Notes under the pieces: model-generated
What the model was told of the DNA's origin: nothing
The model's input: the letters and a program-made list of their open reading frames with translations, nothing else
Database searches by the model: none
Virus record (IMG/VR): IMGVR_UViG_3300044991_002272
Length of the DNA stretch: 64,000 bases
Direction: 5' to 3' (one strand)
DNA from: a virus
Shown here: positions 1-9,402 of the stretch, one piece after another
How the letters are laid out: each line of letters opens with the position of its first letter
Numbering within the stretch: position 1 is the stretch's first letter
Program-made: the position numbers and the translations under genes

Positions 1-731
1 GTCTTTACAGCTTTGCCCTTGCGTGCCGGCGCCTTGCCTGCCTTCACCGCCTTGGGCAGAACCTTGTCCTGGCGAGCCTGCTCAGGTTCCGCATTGCTGT
101 TAAGTGCACGCACAATAGCCTTAAGAGGCTTCTGCCAGTCCTGGATCAGCTTGTCGCTCTGTGCCTCAGCAAACGCCTCAGCATAGTGCTCCTGCAGGCG
201 GACTCGCACCTTGGGATGACCATATTTGGTAATAATCTTTTCAATTTCCACAGCCAGCTCCCGGAGTTCCATCTTGCCCTTGAGCACAAGGGTTTTGAGG
301 TTGTCAATCCGGGAATAGCAAGCCACATATGCCTCAATGAGCTTGCCTGAGGCACTGAGCGCGAGGTTTTCCATCCCAATGTCAGTGTTGGGCTTGGCCT
401 GGTGCAACGCATTGTCAATGTAAGTGTAACTCTTGGGGCTCAGCTGAGCTCCCCGATTGAGGCAGTAAGCAATCTTACCCATAGTCTGCTGGGTGCCAAA
501 AGGAACGTTCTTGACCACAGCAGCATCGTGGGGCCTGCCCACCTGCGTGAGATACGCTTGCGCTTCGCGAATCAGCTCTTCCGGCTCAGCAGCCTGATGC
601 ACCCAGTTCAGTGCAAGCCCATACCTCACATTGAAGTCTGGGGCCGTGTAGTCAAGGGTGCTGAAGTCGGGTGCCCCACGGCTGTTCAAGATCTCTTGCA
701 GCTTTGTGTCAGTGCGCGTCAACCGAGCCAT
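1..731 (-). CDS. Hypothetical phage protein, running off the window edge
   Basis: Hand-translated open frame from ATG at 731 (MARLTRTDTKLQEILNSRGAPDF...) with ACAGGAG RBS; no stop before position 1; Lys/Ala-rich tail. Confidence 0.8.
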   Translation of the reverse strand, partial: MARLTRTDTKLQEILNSRGAPDFSTLDYTAPDFNVRYGLALNWVHQAAEPEELIREAQAYLTQVGRPHDAAVVKNVPFGTQQTMGKIAYCLNRGAQLSPKSYTYIDNALHQAKPNTDIGMENLALSASGKLIEAYVACYSRIDNLKTLVLKGKMELRELAVEIEKIITKYGHPKVRVRLQEHYAEAFAEAQSDKLIQDWQKPLKAIVRALNSNAEPEQARQDKVLPKAVKAGKAPARKGKAVK

Positions 732-760
732 TTGGGTAACTCCTGTCTCTATGAGCCCAA

Positions 761-787
761 CATATAGCTAGTTGGGCCCAGTGTCAA
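761..787 (-). promoter_or_regulatory. Sigma70-like early promoter
   Basis: TTGACA at 782-787 with TATATG/TATGTT downstream, upstream of the ATG at 731. Confidence 0.5.
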
Positions 788-930
788 CCGTTTTCTTTGC
801 CAAATTGCCAATTTTTTTGATGTGTGATTTCCGCAACACCCAAGACTTGAGGCAGCGCGGCACATTGCCCTGCTGCCTCAAGTTGTGTGCCCTCAAGAGT
901 GCAACCGGGTTCCGGGGCACGACCTCGTCG

Positions 931-1962
931 TCACTTCCAGACGGGGTTACCGTCAGGGGCTTTCACCTCACTTGCCCAGGTTTGGCGAATTCTGGCCTTC
1001 ACTACAGCTGGTATAGGCACATAATCCAACCGTTCAGCTATCTCGTCGCCATGTGTGTAAGCCCAGTCAAAAAATCGCATCACTGTGAGGCTGTTGGTGG
1101 GGTTGCGAGGATCACGCGGCAACAGAATGTAGGTGGGACTCACAATAGGCCAACTGTTGGCGCCAGGCTGGTCAACGAGGTCAACAGCAAAGTTAGGCAC
1201 GTTCCAGTTGGCAGATGCTGCTGTAGCCTCAAAAGCCTTGTGAGTGGGCTTCACCCAATGTCCATCGCGGTTGCGGATTTGCGTGGTAACCAATCCAGCT
1301 TGCTGAGCATAGGCATTTTCCACATAACCAATGGCTCCCATGATCTGACGCACACTGGCGCTAACACCCTCGTTTCCTCGTGCTCCAGTGCCAGTGGGCC
1401 ACTTAACTGAGGTGCCTGTACCTACCTGGGTGCGCCATTGCTCACTCACTGCCGATAGGTAACTGGCCCAAACAAAGGTTGTTCCGCTGCCATCTGCGCG
1501 ATACACCACTGCAATAGCCAAATTAGGCAAGCGAATTGTTGGATTCAGTTCCACAATGCGTTGATCATTCCACTTTACGATCTTACCTAGATAGATGTCT
1601 GCCAACACTGGACCAGTGAGTCTCAGTTGCTCTCGCTCTAGACCCGGCACATGGACTGCTGCAACTAAACTGCCCATAGCTGTTGGAAACTGCACTAAGT
1701 TGTTTTTTTCCAAATCCTCCTGTTTCATAGGAGCATCACTGGCCCCAAAATCCACAGTGCGGTTCCGGATTTGGTTTTGCCCAGCACCGCTGCCCACACT
1801 TTGGTAGTTGAGTGCAATACCAGTTTTCTTCGCTTCCTCTCCCCATTTTTGATAAAGCGGGTTGGGAAAAGTGGCACCAGCACCGTTTATTGGTTGCGCA
1901 ACTACACCAGTAGCACCTATTGCCATCAACGCAGCAGCCATCAACAATTTTTTCAAACCCAT
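931..1962 (-). CDS. pstS: Phosphate ABC transporter substrate-binding protein
   Basis: Signal peptide followed by INGAGATFP..LY..W, YQSVGSGAG, VDFGASDAP and RADGSGTTF motifs; AAGGA RBS before MGLKK. Confidence 0.95.
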   Translation of the reverse strand: MGLKKLLMAAALMAIGATGVVAQPINGAGATFPNPLYQKWGEEAKKTGIALNYQSVGSGAGQNQIRNRTVDFGASDAPMKQEDLEKNNLVQFPTAMGSLVAAVHVPGLEREQLRLTGPVLADIYLGKIVKWNDQRIVELNPTIRLPNLAIAVVYRADGSGTTFVWASYLSAVSEQWRTQVGTGTSVKWPTGTGARGNEGVSASVRQIMGAIGYVENAYAQQAGLVTTQIRNRDGHWVKPTHKAFEATAASANWNVPNFAVDLVDQPGANSWPIVSPTYILLPRDPRNPTNSLTVMRFFDWAYTHGDEIAERLDYVPIPAVVKARIRQTWASEVKAPDGNPVWK

Positions 1963-2038
1963 AAAGTTTCCTTTCATAGTTTCTTTTGGTAATCTCAGTT
2001 TGCCGACGATTTTCCAAATATGCAATGAGGCTCTAAAG

Positions 2039-2071
2039 TTTTAATACGACTGTAATACAGCTTTCAACATA
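2039..2071. promoter_or_regulatory. Possible Pho-box-like site
   Basis: TTTTAATACGA CTGTAATACAG CTTTCAACATA: 11-bp periodic units, one close to CTGTCAT, upstream of pstS; the other units are degenerate. Confidence 0.3.
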
Positions 2072-2123
2072 AGAAAGAGTCAGGAGTGTGACTATCATAA
2101 ATATCACAAATGAGGAAAATGTT

Positions 2124-3215
2124 ATGCCGCCGTTGACGTTCTGGAATGGAGTTGGTGCGAAAAACAAGGACTACAAGTTCTTTGATCGCATGGCATCTCA
2201 GTACATGAACATGGGTGGTACAGAATTTTATTGCCATAAGTACGTTGGGCCACTGAATCCAGATCCCAAGATTGTTACCCCTGACACAGACGAAACCAAC
2301 TTACTCAGCATATCAGACTTAGTGAACTTGGAGGTGAGAGACAGAAAATATGACAACGACGTCTACAGCCTCAAGGGACACTACTTAGTCACTGACACAG
2401 AGTTTGATTTGAAGCAGTTTGGTTTTTTCCTGTCAACAGATACAATTTTCATAACCTTTCATATCAACCAAATGGTTACCCAACTGGGCCGACGGTTAAT
2501 GAGTGGTGATGTACTTGAAGTGCTGCACATGAGAGACGACACTACTTTGGATGGCAGGCCCATCAACAAGTTTTACGTGATCCAAGAGGGCACACGTCCT
2601 GCAGAAGGATTTAGCCCCACTTGGTGGGCACATCTATGGCGTGTGAAGTGCCAACCACTTACAGACAGTCAAGAGTTCCAGGACATTTTGAATAAAGAAT
2701 TGGAAGATCGTGGAGATGGAATTGTGCCTGAGCCCAATCCTGACGGCAGCATGCCTACAATTGGTGATATCACTAGCGTATATGACAAAGAAATCAGCAT
2801 CAACGATGCTGTTTTGGAAGAGGCTACTGCTAACGTGGCATTCAGAAACTGGCAAAGCACACACTTTTACATCCTTCAAGAGGACTTAGACCAACCTATT
2901 TCAGTATACAACTCAGACGGTATCCCACCAAACCAAAGCAAACCTGTGCCTTCTGGCACAAGTTTTCCCGCTGTTAACAAAGAAGGCGACTATTTCCTTC
3001 GCTTAGATTATGTTCCCCCTGTATTATACAAACGGACTGCATCAAAGTGGAAGAGAGTTGAGACCAATTATAGGGCCCCGTGGCTACCCGCTAACCGCGT
3101 GCTCACTAGCTTCATCAACAACAAAAACAAAACCACTCTCACAGATGGTAGTGTGATTGATGAACGCCAAAACCTGCGCACAGCTATCAAACCCAAACTA
3201 GATCCAGATATATAA
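2124..3215 (+). CDS. Neck / head-closure protein (T4 gp14-like)
   Basis: MPPL..W...KNKDYKFFDR, GGT....HKY.GP, RDRKYD.DVY.LKGHY and FGFFL...T+FITFH pattern of T4-like neck proteins; GAGG RBS. Confidence 0.7.
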   Translation: MPPLTFWNGVGAKNKDYKFFDRMASQYMNMGGTEFYCHKYVGPLNPDPKIVTPDTDETNLLSISDLVNLEVRDRKYDNDVYSLKGHYLVTDTEFDLKQFGFFLSTDTIFITFHINQMVTQLGRRLMSGDVLEVLHMRDDTTLDGRPINKFYVIQEGTRPAEGFSPTWWAHLWRVKCQPLTDSQEFQDILNKELEDRGDGIVPEPNPDGSMPTIGDITSVYDKEISINDAVLEEATANVAFRNWQSTHFYILQEDLDQPISVYNSDGIPPNQSKPVPSGTSFPAVNKEGDYFLRLDYVPPVLYKRTASKWKRVETNYRAPWLPANRVLTSFINNKNKTTLTDGSVIDERQNLRTAIKPKLDPDI

Positions 3216-3218
3216 ATA
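3211..3218 (+). promoter_or_regulatory. T4-type late promoter TATAAATA
   Basis: Exact T4 late consensus overlapping the neck stop codon. TAAATA also precedes late genes near 4079, 6435, 9367, 13450(-), 14868(-), 15161(-), 21218(-), 23006(-), 25372(-), 25384, 31309, 33981, 37082(-), 37112, 44766(-) and 53364(-). Confidence 0.8.
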
Positions 3219-3283
3219 CGGTTGTGGTTCACGGGAGGTGAGATTCCCTAACCACTCTAAACGCTATGTAGGAGCATTCAGCA

Positions 3284-4042
3284 ATGCGTATTTATCGCAA
3301 TCCGTCTAACTATCGTGCAATTTATGAACAACATTATGGCCCTGTCCCCAAAGATCAAAATGGGCGAACTTATGACATACACCATATAGATGGTGACCAT
3401 ACTAATAATGATCCTAGTAATTTACGAGCAGTTAGCATTCAAGAACATTATGATATACATTATCAACAAAAGGACTATATGGCATGCTATATGATACGAT
3501 TACGCATAGATAAAAGTCCTGAAATGTTATCAGAATTAAGCCGCAAAGGCCAGGAAAAAAGGGTAATTGATGGAACCCACCATATGTTAGGTGGCCATGT
3601 TCAACGTAAAAGAGTTGAGAATGGCACCCATCCATGGCAAGACAAAGAATGGCACAAGCGCAGAGAACAAGAGAAGGTTGATAATAGAAGTCATATGTTT
3701 TTGAACCCTGAGATATCAAGAGCAATAACCTCCAAAAGATTAGCCGACGGGACACACAATTTTTTAAACAATACATATGCGAAAGACTGGTGGGACAATA
3801 AACCAGAAGACGTTCTAGCTGAATATCGTAAAAATGCTCAGGAGAGGCAACGTAATAAGGTGGCTGATGGTAGTCATCACTTCTTAAACAGTGGTGAAAA
3901 ATCTAGAGAAATCCACCGCAAACTTATTGAGGAAGGCAGGCACCCTTCTCAGGTGATAAGGACCTGCCCACATTGTGGTAAAGAAGGGCGCGGAGCTGTT
4001 ATGTTTAAGCATCACTTTGATAAATGCAAACAGCAAACGTAG
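3284..4042 (+). CDS. Free-standing HNH homing endonuclease
   Basis: DIHHIDGDHTNNDPSNL..V...EH..IH motif; repeated GTH(H/N)FL units; C-terminal CPHC..C zinc finger. Confidence 0.85.
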   Translation: MRIYRNPSNYRAIYEQHYGPVPKDQNGRTYDIHHIDGDHTNNDPSNLRAVSIQEHYDIHYQQKDYMACYMIRLRIDKSPEMLSELSRKGQEKRVIDGTHHMLGGHVQRKRVENGTHPWQDKEWHKRREQEKVDNRSHMFLNPEISRAITSKRLADGTHNFLNNTYAKDWWDNKPEDVLAEYRKNAQERQRNKVADGSHHFLNSGEKSREIHRKLIEEGRHPSQVIRTCPHCGKEGRGAVMFKHHFDKCKQQT

Positions 4043-4053
4043 ACCGGAGAATG

Positions 4054-4081
4054 TTACCAGAAGACTTTTCGCTTCTGGTAA
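4054..4081 (+). promoter_or_regulatory. 10-bp hairpin overlapping the late promoter of the lysozyme gene
   Basis: TTACCAGAAG-ACTTTTCG-CTTCTGGTAA; the right arm runs into TAAATA. Confidence 0.55.
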
Positions 4082-4110
4082 ATACGAGCACTGCATTAAA
4101 GGAGACAAAC

Positions 4111-4554
4111 ATGAGTAAAACAACAGGCGAAAAAGGTCTATCACTTATCAAGAGTTTTGAAGGCTTGCGATTGGACGCCTATATCTGTCCTGCAGGTGTA
4201 GCCACTATTGGTTATGGCACAACCAAAATCAATAGTCAAGCAGTTAAAGTGCCGTCAGTTATAACAGAGTCCCAAGCCAACGACTATCTGAAAACTGATG
4301 TCAAAGCATTTGAGCAATCTGTTAACAGTGCTGTCTCTGTGCCAGTTACACAAAACCAATTTGACGCACTTGTGAGTTTCACTTACAATCTAGGCGCCGG
4401 CAATTTACGTAGCAGCACACTCTTGAAAAAGCTCAATGCAGGTGACTATGCTGGTGCTGCTGATGAGTTCCCCAAATGGAACAAAGCTGGTGGCAAAGAA
4501 CTGGCAGGTTTGACCCGCCGCCGAAATGCTGAAAGGGACTTGTTTCTCAGCTAA
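4111..4554 (+). CDS. Lysozyme / endolysin (GH24)
   Basis: LIKSFEGLRL.AY.CPAG..TIGYG (E-C-T triad), QNQFDALVSF.YN.G, L.RRR.AE..LF; AAGGAG RBS. Confidence 0.93.
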   Translation: MSKTTGEKGLSLIKSFEGLRLDAYICPAGVATIGYGTTKINSQAVKVPSVITESQANDYLKTDVKAFEQSVNSAVSVPVTQNQFDALVSFTYNLGAGNLRSSTLLKKLNAGDYAGAADEFPKWNKAGGKELAGLTRRRNAERDLFLS

Positions 4555-6437
4555 TGGAATATTGGTACAACCAACAGCTACGGCAGTATAGACTTCAAGT
4601 CATACGAGCATTCAGCAACTTCAGTGTAAGCATGGGTATCAACAGCGACGGCACCCCGAAGCTGAGGCGAGTGCCTTGTCGCTATGGTGACCCTTCACGT
4701 TTGGCAGAAACCATCACAAATGCCAACAGTGAAAACAAATTACCAACAGCCCCTTTCATCTCAGTCTATTTGACAGCCATGAGTTTGGCACCCAACCGGC
4801 GTCATGCTCCAAGCCTTGTTTCAACACAAAACGTTATTGAACGTGAATACGACGGAGAAAATAGTCGCTACCTAGGTACACAAGGTAACAGAAGCACTGT
4901 TGAACGTTATATGGCTGTACCTTTTGACCTGACCTTCAACGTAGACTTTTGGACCAGTAACCTTAACCAAAAAGAAGAGCTTATTGAGCAAACCCAAGTA
5001 CTCTATAATGGAATGATTGATATTCAAACATCGAACAATCCCTTGGACTGGACAGCTATTACAACCCTTGAGCCCACAAACATCACTTGGAGCAGTCGAA
5101 GTATTCCCATTGGTACAGAAAACCCCATTGATGTTTGTACTGTTGAATACAAAGTGCCAATTTTCATAAATCCACCAGCCAAAGTAAAACTCCAAAAGAT
5201 AATTCAAGAGATTGTAACAAATATACGTGAAGGTGAATATGATCCCAACACAATGGAGTGGACCGAACAGTCTTTGCTGAGTAGAGTGTTAACAACTCCT
5301 CTGGATGCCTGTATTGCCATGGCCAATGCAGGTGAAAACACCTGGGAAATCAGCCTACAAAGTCCTTCTGGTAGTACGATTGATCCTCAGACATTGCCGA
5401 CCCGTGTGTTGGGCAGAAAAAATCCTGTATTGACACCTGGTACTACATTCAAGTTCAATGGGCAAGCTATAACAATACCCAACACAAGTATTGATGATTT
5501 AATCAACTTGATTCGAGTGCGAACTGTTGAACCCAGTTTGAACGCAGTTTTTAATTTGAATCAGCAAATTGAATTTTGGAACATGACTGGTGGAGATATT
5601 GTCTTGGAAAACGTGGAAGGCACACCAATCCAGGATTTGGGATTTCAGCCCACCATATATAAGGGCGGAACCTTGGCTTGGTGGAGGCTCTTGGACAAAT
5701 ATGGCGCAGTAAAACCCCAAAGCAGTTTCCAAGAAAACGCTAGCCAAATAAGGCTGTTGTCAACAGATGATCTTGACAACAGAGACTCTGACATTGTGGG
5801 ATATATTGATTTTCATCCCACCAACCAAAACTACTTGATTTGGAAAGGCGAACTTTCCAGTTGGCCTGGAGATCAACTTCCTCCCATCACTGCTGTTATT
5901 GATCCACAGCGCACTTACCCTGGCTCTGGCTTGACTGAGGAAAGATTTGGTCAAAGATATTTGTTGACAAATGAAGTTGCATTTCAAAGCGGCGCGTGGG
6001 GCAATGTTCAGGCAATACCAAATGTGCAGGCACTGGTAGTTGGTAAGGTCAGCAACCACGAACTGGTAATAGAACCTGTTGATCAAGCCCAGTTAAGCCT
6101 GAACCGCAGCATGCAAATCCTATTTGGGTCAGGCATTACACAAACTGCAAGTGTTGTGCAGATTGTACAATTGAATGCACTTCAATACCAAGTGGTTTTG
6201 TCAGGAGACTCTGTTGCACAAATTGGAGATTTTGTGCAAGTAATTTACCCTGTTATTGCCAACGATATAATTGAATACAACGGCTCACAATGGGTTTTGG
6301 CCTTTGACAGCAGCAGCCCTTTGCAGACATTGGTGTTGAATCAATACAGTCAAAAATGGTTTCTTTGGACGAATCAAGAATGGAAAGCTTTTCCCAAGAG
6401 CACGTATACACAGGGCTTATGGCGCCTCAGCCTCTAA
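4554..6437 (+). CDS. Tail sheath stabiliser / completion protein (gp15-like) with long C-terminal extension
   Basis: N-terminal Y+Y..Q+R.Y..Q..R.FS.F, VP..YGD.SR and MAVPF.L.F.VD.W motifs; sits in the neck/tail context. Confidence 0.7.
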   Translation: MEYWYNQQLRQYRLQVIRAFSNFSVSMGINSDGTPKLRRVPCRYGDPSRLAETITNANSENKLPTAPFISVYLTAMSLAPNRRHAPSLVSTQNVIEREYDGENSRYLGTQGNRSTVERYMAVPFDLTFNVDFWTSNLNQKEELIEQTQVLYNGMIDIQTSNNPLDWTAITTLEPTNITWSSRSIPIGTENPIDVCTVEYKVPIFINPPAKVKLQKIIQEIVTNIREGEYDPNTMEWTEQSLLSRVLTTPLDACIAMANAGENTWEISLQSPSGSTIDPQTLPTRVLGRKNPVLTPGTTFKFNGQAITIPNTSIDDLINLIRVRTVEPSLNAVFNLNQQIEFWNMTGGDIVLENVEGTPIQDLGFQPTIYKGGTLAWWRLLDKYGAVKPQSSFQENASQIRLLSTDDLDNRDSDIVGYIDFHPTNQNYLIWKGELSSWPGDQLPPITAVIDPQRTYPGSGLTEERFGQRYLLTNEVAFQSGAWGNVQAIPNVQALVVGKVSNHELVIEPVDQAQLSLNRSMQILFGSGITQTASVVQIVQLNALQYQVVLSGDSVAQIGDFVQVIYPVIANDIIEYNGSQWVLAFDSSSPLQTLVLNQYSQKWFLWTNQEWKAFPKSTYTQGLWRLSL

Positions 6438-6445
6438 ATAATCCT

Positions 6446-7210
6446 ATGAAACAATATCCCACAAAGCCAGTTGCACAAGTTGATATGCAAATAATGGACC
6501 AATTTATTGATCCCAATACGCGGCAAATTTTGAAAATTCTTCATGATCATCATGTGTCCACTCGGATTGTAGGTGGTGCAGTGAGAGACATGTTGCTACA
6601 TAAAAAACCACGGGATATTGATTTGGTAGTGGACGCAGATCCCAGCGAAACGTTGTTTCTCTTGAACCTATATGGAATTGAGGCAGAAACACAGGGCATC
6701 AAACATGGCACTATCAAAGCCGTTTTTAGGCAGAATGGGGACAAAAACAAAGTGGAAATAACCAGTTTGGGTTACAGGATACAGTTGAAAGGTTCTCGAC
6801 CTTTTCTCAAAAAAGCCAAAAACTGGGCTACAGACAGTGAAATGCGGGACCTGACAATCAACAGCATGAGTATGGATTTACATGGCCACATTTGGGATTA
6901 TCAAGGCGGATACGCCGATTTGAAGCACAGTCGTATCCGAATGTTGCCTGATACTAAAACCAACATCAAGGACGATCCCAACCAAATCATGCGATACTTC
7001 AAAGCCTTAACTATGTTTCCACAACCACTTATGGTGAAAACAGACCTTGAGTGGATCAAGAAACACATTAGCTTGTTAGCTGACCAAGAAGATGACGAGA
7101 GAGTTATCAGAAACTTATTGAGTATTCAAAAAAGCCCAAATGCTGACAGAATATTAGAATTGATGTGCCAATTGGGTGTAAAAAAATACATTTCCTACTT
7201 ACCTTGTTAG
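6446..7210 (+). CDS. tRNA nucleotidyltransferase / poly(A) polymerase head-domain protein
   Basis: RIVGGAVRDMLL...PRDIDL, G.KHGT, RDLTINSM and D..GG..DL....IR motifs; no tail/HD domain. Confidence 0.88.
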   Translation: MKQYPTKPVAQVDMQIMDQFIDPNTRQILKILHDHHVSTRIVGGAVRDMLLHKKPRDIDLVVDADPSETLFLLNLYGIEAETQGIKHGTIKAVFRQNGDKNKVEITSLGYRIQLKGSRPFLKKAKNWATDSEMRDLTINSMSMDLHGHIWDYQGGYADLKHSRIRMLPDTKTNIKDDPNQIMRYFKALTMFPQPLMVKTDLEWIKKHISLLADQEDDERVIRNLLSIQKSPNADRILELMCQLGVKKYISYLPC

Positions 7211-7307
7211 TATTTTTGCCTCAGTAACACCAGTAACAAAGTAGCAATGTATGTCCTGACTCTGCTATAATGATGGCAACAACTCTCTATGTATATAAGG
7301 ACCAAGA

Positions 7308-8195
7308 ATGAAAATAAAAATGCCCAGCACCAAGGACGTTAAAAAAGCCACCAGCAGTGTGACAAAAACTGTCACTGACACCAGCAACACTGTGGTTAAA
7401 GAAACTACCAAAACTGTTGACAAGGCTGTTGACACAATAGCCAACACAGCCACTGATGCCTATAAGGACGCATCTAAGGCAGCGTCTGATGCCTACAATT
7501 ATTCAGTGAGCTTGGCTAACAATACTGCTGCTGTGAGTGCAAGTGTTGCCAACACCGTTGCCAAAAACACCGAAGAGGCTGCCAAACAGGGCATCAACGT
7601 TGCTAGTGATGAGTGGAAGAAGGGCAGTGCTCTAGCACAAGACTTTTATAAGGACGGTGCTGAGGCAGTTGTCAAAGCTGCTGAAGATGCATATGCCTGG
7701 GCGGATGCTAATGCATGTAGAATTGGCTTGAACTATGCACTCACAACTGGTATAGTGCTCTACTTTGCTCCCAAGCCTGCTCCAGGTGATCCAGGCACTG
7801 TGAATTCAACCGCAGCCAGCATGACCTGGGTTGCCTGGTTTGCATCACAAGCTGGTAAGGCTGCCTCCGCAGCACAAACTATGGCATTGAGTTGCAGTAT
7901 CAGTTACATCATAACCGAAGGCTTGTTTTTGATTCCAGGGGTAAAGGGTCAAGTGAACAAGACACTTGTGTTCAATGCTCTGTCAAATTGCATCAACACA
8001 ACGATTACTAATGCATATCTCTGGGGTACACCAGCCGGTGTTGGTATTGCTGTGGGATCAGCCATCTCCCCAGTTATTGCAACGCTGATTTGCGAGGGTG
8101 TGCTGCCGCGTGGTGCAAGCAAGGGTCCAGACGCCAAAGCTGCTGAAGACGGCATCAAGATGGCCAAGGACGCTTTGAAAAGCTTGGGCTTTTAA
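7308..8195 (+). CDS. Hypothetical protein: Thr/Ala/Lys-rich helical N-terminus, hydrophobic Cys-containing C-terminus
   Basis: 295-aa ORF with AAGGA RBS and upstream TGCTATAAT. Confidence 0.75.
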   Translation: MKIKMPSTKDVKKATSSVTKTVTDTSNTVVKETTKTVDKAVDTIANTATDAYKDASKAASDAYNYSVSLANNTAAVSASVANTVAKNTEEAAKQGINVASDEWKKGSALAQDFYKDGAEAVVKAAEDAYAWADANACRIGLNYALTTGIVLYFAPKPAPGDPGTVNSTAASMTWVAWFASQAGKAASAAQTMALSCSISYIITEGLFLIPGVKGQVNKTLVFNALSNCINTTITNAYLWGTPAGVGIAVGSAISPVIATLICEGVLPRGASKGPDAKAAEDGIKMAKDALKSLGF

Positions 8196-8197
8196 CA

Positions 8198-8233
8198 ATC
8201 AAAGGAGCTGGATTTGTGTCCAGCTCCTTTGAT
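8198..8233. terminator. Bidirectional intrinsic terminator
   Basis: ATCAAAGGAGCTGGA-TTTGTG-TCCAGCTCCTTTGAT, 15-bp stem between convergent genes. Confidence 0.8.
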
Positions 8234-9267
8234 CATGTAAAGATATCACTCAATGCGTTTTGATATTCTGGAAACTGTTGAAAAAACCTTTCTGTAAAAA
8301 CAACCAAATCTCCCTCTCGCGTATAAACTTTGTTACTGCGGCTGGGAGACAAAGTTTCTCCCTCCTCCGGCAGTTTGTCTAGCTTGGCCATTTCCCTAGC
8401 GTTCAACTGAAACCAAGGCACACTATCTTTCCAAAAGCTGACTTTTCCAGATTTTGTCAATTGCTCCTGATACACTTTGTAGAGATGGACTTTCTCACTG
8501 TTGCTGGGCAGCAGGGCTCGAGGCACAGCCAATAGATCGTTCACACCTGCCAGGATGCTGTTGCTTGCGAGGCTGCTGGCCCTGATATCAGTTTCAGTCA
8601 AAATTTGATGATAACTACTACTAATAGGAACATAATCATGTTCCAAGAACCAATTGATTACATTAGTGACTTTTTGCAGTTCCACTGCATTATTGTGATT
8701 GCATTCAAAGAATATCCAAGGTTGGTCTTGTTGAATACGGGCAGCCGCACCTTTGAGAACATCAAGCTCATGACCTTCAACATCAATTTTCATGAGCTTG
8801 ATTTTGGGAAGATCAAGGCTGTCAATGCAAACAGTTTTCACAGTGCGGTTTCCACGCTCTGATCCCACAATATGGCTGGTGCCAGTTTGTTTGGGATTGT
8901 ATTGAAAGCTGATTTCTCCACTTTGTTGACTCACTGCCTGGTTGTGGATTTGATAAATGCTTTCCTTGCCTGCAAAGCTACGCATTATGCATTCACAATT
9001 TTCTTGAATGGGTTCAAACATAATTGTTTGACTACAGAAGCTTTGACTCAAAAATTCCCAGCTGGCAACACCATAGTTTGCACCAATATCCAACAGCAGT
9101 CCTGGTCCTTCCAGTCCCAGTGACTTCCAGCTTTTCCACCATTTCTTGAACAACCAATTGTCATTTTGGAGACGTAGCTTGCTGCTCCAGAAGTCGGCTT
9201 TGTTCATGTGTAGATTCAAACCATTGAATGGCAAAACTTCTGTTTTGAGCTCTGGCAGGCGTTCCAT
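8233..9267 (-). CDS. FkbM-family SAM methyltransferase
   Basis: LLDIGANYG, FEP...N and KLMKIDVEGHELDVLKGA motifs. Confidence 0.88.
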   Translation of the reverse strand: MERLPELKTEVLPFNGLNLHMNKADFWSSKLRLQNDNWLFKKWWKSWKSLGLEGPGLLLDIGANYGVASWEFLSQSFCSQTIMFEPIQENCECIMRSFAGKESIYQIHNQAVSQQSGEISFQYNPKQTGTSHIVGSERGNRTVKTVCIDSLDLPKIKLMKIDVEGHELDVLKGAAARIQQDQPWIFFECNHNNAVELQKVTNVINWFLEHDYVPISSSYHQILTETDIRASSLASNSILAGVNDLLAVPRALLPSNSEKVHLYKVYQEQLTKSGKVSFWKDSVPWFQLNAREMAKLDKLPEEGETLSPSRSNKVYTREGDLVVFTERFFQQFPEYQNALSDIFT

Positions 9268-9402
9268 AGAGTCTTATTCCCGTGAATACATTATTCTGAT
9301 TGTTACAGCTTTTTTGTTCTTGCGTCAAGATTCCAAATACATAAACAACCTATTTGACATATCGCTATAAATACAACAAACTTAAATTGGAGAGTTTGTT
9401 AA

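Noticed and set aside
772-1410. 212-aa plus-strand ORF
   Set aside because: Antisense shadow of pstS.
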